Virus record (IMG/VR): IMGVR_UViG_3300008119_000039
Location: 20,522-84,521 of that record
Source: a virus
Strand: one strand, 5' to 3'
DNA: 64,000 bases
The translations under genes were made by a program, and so were the position numbers. A model generated the notes under the pieces. It had not been told where the DNA came from. It made no database searches and worked only from the letters and a program-made list of their open reading frames with translations. Shown piece by piece: positions 46,597-54,645 of the stretch (position 1 is the stretch's first letter; each line of letters opens with the position of its first letter).

Positions 46597-46839
46597 ATGC
46601 CAACATACGAATTTAGAAATAAACAAACAGGTAATGTGACTGAACATATTATGCGCATCTCTGAACGAGAGCAATTTATTTTAGACAATCCACATTTAGA
46701 ACAAACGATTACCATAGCTCCAGCTTTTGCAGGAGATCACGTATCTCTTAAAAGAGATACAGGCTTTAAAGAGGTATTACAAAAAATCAACGAGCGTAAT
46801 CCGCACAACGATTTAAGTAAAACGTCTTCACAATTATAA
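46597..46839 (+). CDS. FmdB-like regulatory protein
   Basis: MPTYEF..., GFKEVLQKI; CATAAATA upstream. Confidence 0.65.
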   Translation: MPTYEFRNKQTGNVTEHIMRISEREQFILDNPHLEQTITIAPAFAGDHVSLKRDTGFKEVLQKINERNPHNDLSKTSSQL

Positions 46840-46850
46840 TAAAGGTAACC

Positions 46851-47621
46851 ATGGCTCGAGTAACGGCAAAATCTAGACAACCAGATAATGTTCAAAGTGA
46901 AACTACCCCAAGAAAACCAACAGCAACAGGAACCCATCTTAAATTACGTTTAGACGATTTAAAAACCTTTGATCCACTAACAGATAATCAAAAGATATTC
47001 TTTGATGCATATAAACGTGGTGATTACTTTGTAGCATTGCACGGAGTTGCAGGTACTGGTAAAACATTTATTGCTCTGTATAAAGCAATTGAAGAAGTGA
47101 TGGATAAATCAAATCCATTTAATAAAATTATTGTGGTACGTTCAGCAGTACAATCTCGTGAGATTGGTCATCTTCCAGGTGACGTGAACGAAAAGATGGA
47201 AATCTTCCAACAACCTTATCGTCAAATTTGCGAAACTCTTTTTGGTCGCAAAGATGCGTGGGATCGTTTAGAAGAACAAGGTCATATTAGTTTTATCTCT
47301 ACATCTTTCATTCGTGGTATGTCATTTGATGACGCAATTATTATTGTTGATGAGATGCAGAACTTAACCTTTGAAGAAATTGACACAGTTATGACTCGTG
47401 TTGGTTATCGTTCAAAGATTATCTGGTGTGGCGATTACCGTCAGACCGACTTGAATAAAAAGAAAAACGACATGTCTGGAATCTTGAAATTCTTTGACAT
47501 TGCTATGCATATGAGTTCATTCACTAAAGTTGAATTTACTCCTGATGATATTGTTCGTTCTTCTCTTGTTAAAGAATATATTTTAGCCAAACTTAAAATA
47601 GAAGATCAGGAAACAAAATGA
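46851..47621 (+). CDS. phoH: PhoH-like ATPase
   Basis: GVAGTGKT, GHLPG, FIRGMSF, DEMQN, GDYRQTD, DIVRS. Confidence 0.93.
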   Translation: MARVTAKSRQPDNVQSETTPRKPTATGTHLKLRLDDLKTFDPLTDNQKIFFDAYKRGDYFVALHGVAGTGKTFIALYKAIEEVMDKSNPFNKIIVVRSAVQSREIGHLPGDVNEKMEIFQQPYRQICETLFGRKDAWDRLEEQGHISFISTSFIRGMSFDDAIIIVDEMQNLTFEEIDTVMTRVGYRSKIIWCGDYRQTDLNKKKNDMSGILKFFDIAMHMSSFTKVEFTPDDIVRSSLVKEYILAKLKIEDQETK

Positions 47622-48238
47622 TTACAGCAGAACAATTTAAAAAGTTATTCCCAAGAGCACAAGACCATCAGGGATGGGCTAACTCTATGAATGAAGTTTT
47701 CCCAACGTATGATATTAATACACCTCATCGTGTTGCAGCATTTCTTGCTCAATGTGGTCATGAGTCTGGTGGTTGGACTACTTTTGAAGAAAACCTAAAC
47801 TACTCTGCAAAGGGTTTGAATGGTATCTTTAAAAAGTATTTTCCCACACTTGAATCTGCTGTGCCATATGAACGTAAGCCAGAAATGATTGCCAATAAAG
47901 TTTATGGTGGTCGTATGGGTAATGGTCCAGAATCATCTGGTGATGGTTGGAAGTATCGTGGACGTGGTCCGATTCAGCTTACTGGTAAAGCAAACTATAT
48001 GGCGTTTGCCAAAGAAATGTTTGATGACTGGGAAAATCTTTTTGAGAATCCAGATTGGGTTACTGCAGATCGTGACTTTGCTCTTATGTCTGCTATTTGG
48101 TTTTGGAATAAGAATGGTTTGAATCGCTACGCAGATCAAGGTGATATTAAAACTATGACTCGTATTATCAATGGTGGTTACATTGGTCTTGAAGATCGCA
48201 TTCACCACTATGAGGAAGCAATTCACTTACTTACATAA
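47618..48238 (+). CDS. GH19 chitinase-like endolysin
   Basis: AAFLAQCGHES, EENLNYS, YRGRGPIQLTGKANY, INGGYIGLEDR. Confidence 0.92.
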   Translation: MITAEQFKKLFPRAQDHQGWANSMNEVFPTYDINTPHRVAAFLAQCGHESGGWTTFEENLNYSAKGLNGIFKKYFPTLESAVPYERKPEMIANKVYGGRMGNGPESSGDGWKYRGRGPIQLTGKANYMAFAKEMFDDWENLFENPDWVTADRDFALMSAIWFWNKNGLNRYADQGDIKTMTRIINGGYIGLEDRIHHYEEAIHLLT

Positions 48239-48891
48239 TGAAAACATTTATACATCATGATCTACCCAAACTTGAACGTGACACAAAATCTGATGGTACG
48301 AGATTATACAAAACCCCATCAGGTAAATCCTATCCCTCCGTTACGACAGTTACAGGATTGCACTCAGCAAAGGGGATCATGGAATGGCGAAACAGAGTCG
48401 GAGAAGCAGAAGCCAACCGAATCTCTGGAAGAGCCAGTGCGAGAGGCACAAGAATCCACCAACACTGCGAAGACTTTCTCCTTGGAGAACATGTTGAGCC
48501 AGATATGTTTGATGCAGAGATGTTCAACTCAATCAAACCCCTGCTTGACCAAGTCGACAACATTCACTGCTTGGAAGATGCGTTATATTCTGACCACTTA
48601 CAAGTCGCTGGAACAGTGGACTGCATCGCAGAATTCCAAGGTAAACTTAGTGTTATAGATTTTAAAACATCAAGCAAACCAAAAGATCGTGATGATATTC
48701 ATAACTACTTTATGCAGACTGCAGCTTATGCTGTTGCATTTGAAGAACTAACAGGTATTCCTATTGGCAGACTTGTAATCATTATGGCAGTAGACAATGA
48801 TGATCCTCGTTGGTTTATTGAAAAGCGAGATAATTGGATTGGTGGATTTAAAAAGCTAAGATTAGACTATAAAAATAAATTTGCTATATAA
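48238..48891 (+). CDS. PD-(D/E)XK (Cas4-like) exonuclease
   Basis: YPSVTTV, RGTRIH, AGTVDC, IDFKTS, YFMQTAAY. Confidence 0.88.
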   Translation: MKTFIHHDLPKLERDTKSDGTRLYKTPSGKSYPSVTTVTGLHSAKGIMEWRNRVGEAEANRISGRASARGTRIHQHCEDFLLGEHVEPDMFDAEMFNSIKPLLDQVDNIHCLEDALYSDHLQVAGTVDCIAEFQGKLSVIDFKTSSKPKDRDDIHNYFMQTAAYAVAFEELTGIPIGRLVIIMAVDNDDPRWFIEKRDNWIGGFKKLRLDYKNKFAI

Positions 48892-48909
48892 ATAACTATA
48901 AGGTATAAT
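48881..48909 (+). promoter_or_regulatory. Nested early and late promoters for tmRNA
   Basis: TTGCTA-N17-TATAAT with TATAAATA (48887-48894) inside the spacer. Confidence 0.7.
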
Positions 48910-48914
48910 TAAGG

Positions 48915-49308
48915 TTATTGCTGTATGAAGCAAAGAGAAAGGTGTTCTGGACGAGGGTTCGATTCCCTCCACCTCCACCAGAAAGGATTTTATGGAAAAC
49001 TTGATTTTGTTAGTATTAATTGTAGTGCTAAACGTATACTGGGTTTATAGTTTAGTTACTTATGATTGGAGTAATTTTGAAAAAGATCAAGAGCAAGCCA
49101 AGAAAGATTTTTTCTGATGGGGGTGACTAGGTTTCGACAGGGCAACAAGTAAACAAGTGGACAGCACGGGAATGTGAAACCCGTAGGATTGGGGAAACTC
49201 GGTCGCAGAAGCAAAAAACGTAAATGCAAACGACGCACAGTTCGCTTTAGCAGCCTAAACACTGCTTAGGGTTTCGATAGGTTTCCTCGTAACAGAATAA
49301 CCTATCAC
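48915..49308 (+). ncRNA. ssrA: Circularly permuted (two-piece) tmRNA gene
   Basis: Acceptor piece with T arm and CACCTCC-ACCA ends 48980; coding piece starts GGGGGTG at 49119; G3.U70; tag ANDAQFALAA* 49226-49258. Confidence 0.92.
48992..49117 (+). CDS. 41-aa membrane peptide inside the tmRNA intervening segment (not in ORF track)
   Basis: SD AAAGGA right after CCA; MENLILLVLIVVLNVYWVYSLVTYDWSNFEKDQEQAKKDFF*. Confidence 0.65.
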   Translation: MENLILLVLIVVLNVYWVYSLVTYDWSNFEKDQEQAKKDFF

Positions 49309-49329
49309 TAATTCTAAAAGGATATTCAA

Positions 49330-49536
49330 ATGAAGAAATTTTTAATTGCACTAAACTTAGTCATCTGGTCATTTGTTGGTTATCAAGTTACCGCATATGC
49401 AGCTGAACCAGCAAAGAAAGAAGTCCCTGCTGGGCAAAATGATAATTGCGTAAAGAAAGACAAGAATGGTAAGTGCCCACCTCTACCAAAGAGTGAAAAG
49501 CCAACACCTAAGAAAAAAGTAGAAGATAAGAAGTAA
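49330..49536 (+). CDS. Small exported basic protein
   Basis: Signal peptide to AYA; CVKKDKNGKC. Confidence 0.6.
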   Translation: MKKFLIALNLVIWSFVGYQVTAYAAEPAKKEVPAGQNDNCVKKDKNGKCPPLPKSEKPTPKKKVEDKK

Positions 49537-49613
49537 GCTAAATAGTATACACGAGGGTTGAGAGAACCCTACAAAACTCTCATTTTACACACAACACAGA
49601 AAGGTATTAAAAT

Positions 49614-49889
49614 ATGAGTAACATGACTCCGTTCGAGATTCGCCTTGAACTTTTAAAAATGGCGAAAGACATGCTTAACGATGAGTACTACGGTAAGCGT
49701 GAACAAATTAGCAACGACTGGCATATGAAAGTCGAATCTGCTAAATTAAATGGTGGCACAATTCCTGATCATCCAGGATTTCCTGCTATCCCATCCGAAA
49801 CAGATATCATCACAAAGGCAACTGCCTTAAATGGTTTCGTTTCAAACATCCCTCTAGATACTAATAAGACTAGCAAAAAGTCCACCTGA
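49614..49889 (+). CDS. Conserved T4-like hypothetical protein
   Basis: PFEIRLELLKMAKDML...LNGFVS. Confidence 0.65.
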   Translation: MSNMTPFEIRLELLKMAKDMLNDEYYGKREQISNDWHMKVESAKLNGGTIPDHPGFPAIPSETDIITKATALNGFVSNIPLDTNKTSKKST

Positions 49890-49898
49890 TAAGGGGTT

Positions 49899-49924
49899 GG
49901 GGTGCATTCGTGCACCCCTCTTAC
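49899..49924 (+). terminator. Hairpin with TTCG loop, possible terminator or stabiliser
   Basis: GGGGTGCA-TTCG-TGCACCCC followed by TCTTA. Confidence 0.5.
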
Positions 49925-49940
49925 TAACAAGGAGATAACT

Positions 49941-50441
49941 ATGCGAGTATATGCAAAAATACTCTTATCGATCGCATTAATAATATCAATTACTGTAATT
50001 GCAGTAAAACAAAATAATGATACTGATTTAAAAATCGCTTATACGGAATTAACTAAAGACGCTAAAAAACAAATTGATTGTCTTGCAGAAAACATTTATT
50101 ATGAAGCAGGATGGGAACCACCAAGTGGTCAACTTGCAGTTGCTCTAGTCACATTGAATAGAGTCAATGATCCAAGATTCCCAAAAGACATTTGTGATGT
50201 TGTAAAACAAAAGAAACAAGGTACGTGTCAGTTCTCTTGGTTTTGTGAACCACCTAAACCAAAGAACCAAAATGTTTATATTAAAAATTTAGAAGTAGCG
50301 TTGTACGCATACGCTAATTATGAACGTATACAGGACTTGACCCAAGGTGCTATATACTATCACGCTGATTACGTGAACCCTCGCTGGAAGCTGGAAAAGA
50401 CTACTAAAATTGGTAGACATATATTTTATAAGGATTATTAA
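49941..50441 (+). CDS. SleB/Hydrolase_2 cell-wall hydrolase
   Basis: CLAENIYYEA, VTLNRV, CQFSW, YYHADYVNPRW, IGRHIFY. Confidence 0.9.
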   Translation: MRVYAKILLSIALIISITVIAVKQNNDTDLKIAYTELTKDAKKQIDCLAENIYYEAGWEPPSGQLAVALVTLNRVNDPRFPKDICDVVKQKKQGTCQFSWFCEPPKPKNQNVYIKNLEVALYAYANYERIQDLTQGAIYYHADYVNPRWKLEKTTKIGRHIFYKDY

Positions 50442-50999
50442 ATGATGCAAAAACTGAATCTGCAGTTAAAGGATGAGCAATCTGCACATTCATTCTTTAT
50501 ATTGATGGAAGATATTTCATTATCTACCTGCAAACAAGCCATTGAATGGATCCTTGAAGCAAACTTTTCTGAAGAGCGACCAGATATGTTAAACCTACTT
50601 GTGTGTTCTCCAGGTGGTGATTTAAATGCTGCATTTGCTCTAGTTGATACTATGCGTGGTTCAGCTATTCCAGTTCGCACGATTGGTCTTGGTCAAATTG
50701 CATCCGCAGGATTGTTAATTTTTATTAGTGGTGAAAAGGGTCAACGTATTCTTACTCCAAATACTTCAATTCTTTCGCATCAATATTCTTGGGGTGCTTT
50801 TGGTAAGGAGCATGAGTTGTTTGCTACTATTAGAGAGTTTGATTTAACAACCAAGCGTATGATTGCTCACTATAAAAAATGCAGTGGTCTTACAGAACAA
50901 AAAATTCGTGAAGTATTACTTCCACCGCAAGACGTTTGGTTGTCTGCGCCAGAAGCTAAAAAATTAGGATTGTGCGATGACGTTAAAGATCTTAAGTAA
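50442..50999 (+). CDS. clpP: ClpP-like protease
   Basis: CSPGG, IASAG (Ser), SHQ (His), DVWLSAPEA (Asp). Confidence 0.85.
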   Translation: MMQKLNLQLKDEQSAHSFFILMEDISLSTCKQAIEWILEANFSEERPDMLNLLVCSPGGDLNAAFALVDTMRGSAIPVRTIGLGQIASAGLLIFISGEKGQRILTPNTSILSHQYSWGAFGKEHELFATIREFDLTTKRMIAHYKKCSGLTEQKIREVLLPPQDVWLSAPEAKKLGLCDDVKDLK

Positions 51000-51168
51000 T
51001 TATATTCGTTACTCTGGTATTTGGGTTACCTTTGGGTTAAACCCACTTCACTGGAGTTTTAAATTTGAATTCATGCATCCTGACGAGTTAAATCCAAAGA
51101 TGCGTGGAATCTACTTTGTACTGGCATTTGTGTCAGTGCGTATTGTTATTGATGATGGTTCTTGGTAA
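50977..51168 (+). CDS. Hypothetical protein
   Basis: Coupled ORF ending IDDGSW. Confidence 0.5.
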   Translation: MTLKILSNYIRYSGIWVTFGLNPLHWSFKFEFMHPDELNPKMRGIYFVLAFVSVRIVIDDGSW

Positions 51169-51178
51169 GGAGAAAAGT

Positions 51179-51418
51179 ATGGAACGCAAAGATATTATTG
51201 CATTAGTTTTTGGTGTAGTTTTAGTTGCTGTAACTGCTATTATTTGCATGACAGTTTACAGTCTGCAGAGAAATACAGCAATGAAGTCAAACATTGAATC
51301 TGCAATTGTAAAGGGAATTGATCCTATTGCTGTTCGTTGTGCTTATGGATCAAGCGATACTCTGTGTATCGTTTACGCATCTACCCACAACAAAGAGATC
51401 CCGAACTCTAAGAAGTAA
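51179..51418 (+). CDS. Membrane protein
   Basis: SD AAGGAG; TM; KGIDPIAVRCAY. Confidence 0.6.
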   Translation: MERKDIIALVFGVVLVAVTAIICMTVYSLQRNTAMKSNIESAIVKGIDPIAVRCAYGSSDTLCIVYASTHNKEIPNSKK

Positions 51419-51425
51419 TCCGAAT

Positions 51426-51511
51426 AACCCTCAGTTCTTGAGGGTTATTTTCCCCTTTAAAATCAATGACTTACGTGAGGGGTTTACTTTAATTCAATTT
51501 CAGCGTATAAT
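51426..51511 (+). promoter_or_regulatory. Early promoter cassette (palindrome, IHF-like box, promoter)
   Basis: AACCCTCAG-TTC-TTGAGGGTT; AATCAATGACTTA 51461; TTTACT-N17-TATAAT 51483-51511. Confidence 0.72.
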
Positions 51512-51540
51512 AGTTATATGATGATTGAAAAGGAGTTGTT

Positions 51541-51750
51541 ATGAAATATCGTGTGATTGTGAATGGTGTGTCTTTTTATACTACTGGTGCTGCAATTAAA
51601 CGTGGCGTTGGTGATTCTGTGAGCGTGAATACAGTTGTCCGTGAGTTGTTTGAAAACTTGTTTAATGCAGTAGGTATCTCTTCAACTATGACTGTGTATG
51701 ACCATAAGATGAATCGTGTTTCCTACGATGTTCAGATATCCAAAGTTTAA
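51541..51750 (+). CDS. Hypothetical early protein
   Basis: SD AAGGAG after promoter. Confidence 0.6.
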   Translation: MKYRVIVNGVSFYTTGAAIKRGVGDSVSVNTVVRELFENLFNAVGISSTMTVYDHKMNRVSYDVQISKV

Positions 51751-51751
51751 C

Positions 51752-51780
51752 TTTACTTTAATTCAGTAATCAGGTATAAT
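51752..51780 (+). promoter_or_regulatory. sigma70-type promoter
   Basis: TTTACTTTAATT...TATAAT, 17-bp spacer. Confidence 0.75.
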
Positions 51781-51786
51781 TATATT

Positions 51787-52128
51787 ATGATGATTTTTAC
51801 CACACCACAGCGTTCCAAAAAACGTAAGCCTACGGCAAAGCAACGGGAGTTGTCTAATTCTTGGAACGATATGTTAAAGAAGTATGCCACAAAGACTGTT
51901 GTGAAACCAAAGCAACAACTCAGTGACGTGTACTCACTTGGAAAACCTGCTTGTCGTGAGACACCTAAGATTCCAAGTCTTCCCTTCTCTGGTGGTTCAT
52001 GCACCAAAAAAGATTCACCAGTGTATACAGGTACCAAGATCAAAGGTATCGGTACAATGCACAAGTCAAATGCAGTTCCTATTTTTTCTGATGAAGAAGC
52101 AGTGGACATTGCCACTATGAGGAGATAA
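51787..52128 (+). CDS. Conserved T4-like hypothetical protein
   Basis: YTGTKIKGIGTMHKSNAVPIF...MRR motif. Confidence 0.7.
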   Translation: MMIFTTPQRSKKRKPTAKQRELSNSWNDMLKKYATKTVVKPKQQLSDVYSLGKPACRETPKIPSLPFSGGSCTKKDSPVYTGTKIKGIGTMHKSNAVPIFSDEEAVDIATMRR

Positions 52129-52129
52129 C

Positions 52130-52318
52130 ATGAGCGAGTTCTGCGTAAAGTGTGCTGAGAAAGAATCTCAGATGGAAATTGTGATAAAGAAATACTATGA
52201 TGAGATTGAAATTCTCAAGAAACGTATTGAGAAGTTGGAAAATGAAAATGATGCACTAATTTTAGATGTAGCATTTTATGGTGGTAATATGATCAACTTG
52301 TCTTGTGATAACAAATAG
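52130..52318 (+). CDS. Hypothetical coiled-coil protein
   Basis: SD AGGAG; CVKC. Confidence 0.55.
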   Translation: MSEFCVKCAEKESQMEIVIKKYYDEIEILKKRIEKLENENDALILDVAFYGGNMINLSCDNK

Positions 52319-52328
52319 GAAATTTATA

Positions 52329-52589
52329 ATGAATGCAGCATATCAACAACTTGTAACAGCCAGTGCAAATAATGATAGACAAACTATTAATGATGTCTAT
52401 ATTTCTTTGCTAAATCAAAAAATGAAGTTGGACAAATTCTTTAGTATGTTTCTTGATAAACTTGGCGACAAGATGGATCCTGATGAAACTGATACTCCAG
52501 TCTGGAAGTTATACCGTGAAAAGACTAAAGAGTATTCTGAGTTGGACAAAACAATTAAAATTGCCAACTATTACTTAAAGAAGAACTAA
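52329..52589 (+). CDS. Hypothetical protein
   Basis: SD AGGA. Confidence 0.55.
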   Translation: MNAAYQQLVTASANNDRQTINDVYISLLNQKMKLDKFFSMFLDKLGDKMDPDETDTPVWKLYREKTKEYSELDKTIKIANYYLKKN

Positions 52590-52590
52590 T

Positions 52591-52806
52591 ATGTTTAGAA
52601 CATCAAATGAATTTTCTTTACACATTGAGCAGATAGTTAAAGAAAAACGCATATCCCATATGGATGCTGTGCTTGAATATTGTAAAGAAAACTTTCTTGA
52701 ACCACAGGATATTGCTAAACTGGTAAACAAGTCTTTGAAAGAAAAGATTGCCATTAATATGCAGGATTCAAACCTAATGCCAAAGACAGCAAAACTTGAT
52801 ATTTAA
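52591..52806 (+). CDS. gp33: Late-transcription coactivator (gp33-like)
   Basis: FSLHIEQIV, MDAVLEYC, LKEKI; synteny gp33-gp59-gp32. Confidence 0.82.
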   Translation: MFRTSNEFSLHIEQIVKEKRISHMDAVLEYCKENFLEPQDIAKLVNKSLKEKIAINMQDSNLMPKTAKLDI

Positions 52807-52819
52807 CTGAGAGAAACTT

Positions 52820-53434
52820 GTGGACGGATTTAAAGCCTACAAATATTACATTGCAATTAAGCTGCACTTTACAAAAGATAACTTTGATGTTTTTAAAAAT
52901 CGTGGCAACGTAAAGGGTACTCGTGAAGCATTTAATGCTAGAAATGATCGTTATATGTTTGAGAGACTTGCAAGAAAGTATCCAGTTGATAAAGATTTGA
53001 TTCAGTACTACGTTGCAAATTTTGCTTATGGTAATGATGCTGCTATCTATTCCTCTGAAGAAGCTGAAACTAATTTGTTGGAATGGAATCGCAGAAAGCA
53101 AAGTATTACAAAAATCTTTGCAGATGATTGTAACAAGATTCTTATGGATGCTTGCAAAAGTAAATACAAAGAAGACTCAATATTTAACTTGACGAATAAA
53201 GGATATTCAAGTATACTTAAATTATTCCTTGGTAATCAGATCTCTCTAGAAAGCCTAAGAATAATTGATGACTTGCATCCAGTGATTGATTCTTGGAAAG
53301 AAAATTCATCTATGGTTTTGTTATGGGAAAATGAAATTCGTAGGATTGAAAAGTCCAAAGGTTTCGTTAAATATGATAGTGATAAAGTAACAAAAGTTTT
53401 TAATAACTTCATTCAGGAAATAAAAGAGTTATAA
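52820..53434 (+). CDS. gp59: Helicase loader (gp59-like)
   Basis: YIAIKLHFT, RND..FERLARK, YYVANF; synteny. Confidence 0.85.
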   Translation: MDGFKAYKYYIAIKLHFTKDNFDVFKNRGNVKGTREAFNARNDRYMFERLARKYPVDKDLIQYYVANFAYGNDAAIYSSEEAETNLLEWNRRKQSITKIFADDCNKILMDACKSKYKEDSIFNLTNKGYSSILKLFLGNQISLESLRIIDDLHPVIDSWKENSSMVLLWENEIRRIEKSKGFVKYDSDKVTKVFNNFIQEIKEL

Positions 53435-53435
53435 G

Positions 53436-53657
53436 ATGGGCAAGACATATCTTAAGAATCAAAAATCTTATGATGAGCAATCCAGTAGTCGTTCTGGAAA
53501 GCATGCTAATCATGCCAGTGGTAAAAAAACTGGTGGTATGAAAACGCTAAATAGTTATGTTGAAGAAGATTATGAAGATCCGTTCCAAGATGATTTTGGA
53601 ATTGAAGATAGTATTTCTATTCAACATACAAAAGACGATACGACAAATACACCGTAA
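53436..53657 (+). CDS. Hypothetical protein
   Basis: MGKTY... ORF between gp59 and gp32. Confidence 0.5.
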   Translation: MGKTYLKNQKSYDEQSSSRSGKHANHASGKKTGGMKTLNSYVEEDYEDPFQDDFGIEDSISIQHTKDDTTNTP

Positions 53658-53678
53658 TATTAATATAAAGGAAATACG

Positions 53679-54599
53679 ATGGACATTCAAACACTCCGCA
53701 AAATGCGCAACTCTGACTTTGGTGCTATCTCTAGCGCATTCGACAAAGTCGCCAATCCCCAAACCCAAACCAAGTCATACGCTGACGATCGCTTCTGGAA
53801 ACTAGAAGGCGACAAAGCTGGCAATGGTACAGCGACAATTCGTTTTCTGCCACGTGTAGAAGGTGATGAGTTGCCTTGGGTACGTATCTTTAGCCATGGT
53901 TTCCAAGGACCAACTGGTAAGTGGTACATTGAGAACTCACTAACTACTCTTGGTGAGAATGACCCTGTTGGTGAACTCAACACTCAACTGTGGAACTCTG
54001 GTTCTGATGCCAACAAGAAAATTGCTCAGGCTCAAAAGCGTAAGCTAAGTTTCATTGCTAACATTATGGTTATTAGTGATCCAAAGCATCCAGAGAATGA
54101 AGGTAAAGTATTCTTGTTTAAGTTTGGCAAGAAAATCTTTGATAAGATTATGGACAAAGCACGTCCAACCTTTGAAGATGAAAAACCAGTAAACGTATTT
54201 GACTTCTGGGAAGGTGCTAACTTCAAACTGCGTATGCGTAAGAAGGATGGTTACATTAACTATGATGAGTCAGCGTTCAGTGACCCAGCTGCTCTAGCCA
54301 ATGGCGATGAAGAAGATATCCTACGTATTGCTAATTCTCAGCACAAGTTGGCTGAGTTTACTGATCGTAAGAACTTTAAATCTTATGATGATCTAAAGAA
54401 GAAACTTCAAGAAGTTCTTTCTGGTGATGCGTTCGCAAGCAAGTCTGCTGCGGAAATTGCTGAAGAGGAAGATCGTCCAGTTCGTGCCGCAGCTGAACCA
54501 CGTTCAGTACCTGCACCTGCTGTAAAGGCATCGTCAGTTGTTGACGATAATGATGATGACGTAATGTCTTACTTTGAGAAGATTGCTAAGGAAGACTAA
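53679..54599 (+). CDS. gp32: Single-stranded DNA-binding protein (gp32)
   Basis: DDRFWK, IRFLP, HGFQGPTGKWYIENSLTT, FGKKIFDKI, GANFKL, acidic tail. Confidence 0.96.
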   Translation: MDIQTLRKMRNSDFGAISSAFDKVANPQTQTKSYADDRFWKLEGDKAGNGTATIRFLPRVEGDELPWVRIFSHGFQGPTGKWYIENSLTTLGENDPVGELNTQLWNSGSDANKKIAQAQKRKLSFIANIMVISDPKHPENEGKVFLFKFGKKIFDKIMDKARPTFEDEKPVNVFDFWEGANFKLRMRKKDGYINYDESAFSDPAALANGDEEDILRIANSQHKLAEFTDRKNFKSYDDLKKKLQEVLSGDAFASKSAAEIAEEEDRPVRAAAEPRSVPAPAVKASSVVDDNDDDVMSYFEKIAKED

Positions 54600-54619
54600 A
54601 CAAATCCCATGCATGTACT

Positions 54620-54645
54620 AAGGGGAGCTTCGGCTCCCTTTTTTA
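54620..54645. terminator. Intrinsic terminator between convergent blocks
   Basis: AGGGGAGC-TTCG-GCTCCCTT-TTTT. Confidence 0.85.

Noticed and set aside
48238-48891. Cas4-like nuclease as sign of a CRISPR system
   Set aside because: No repeat-spacer array or other cas genes seen in the window; stand-alone exonucleases of this type are common in such phages
49056-49262. 68-aa minus-strand ORF
   Set aside because: Antisense shadow of the tmRNA coding piece
53600-53680. T4-type gene 32 autoregulatory pseudoknot leader
   Set aside because: Only a short AT-rich stretch precedes the SD; no convincing pseudoknot could be drawn
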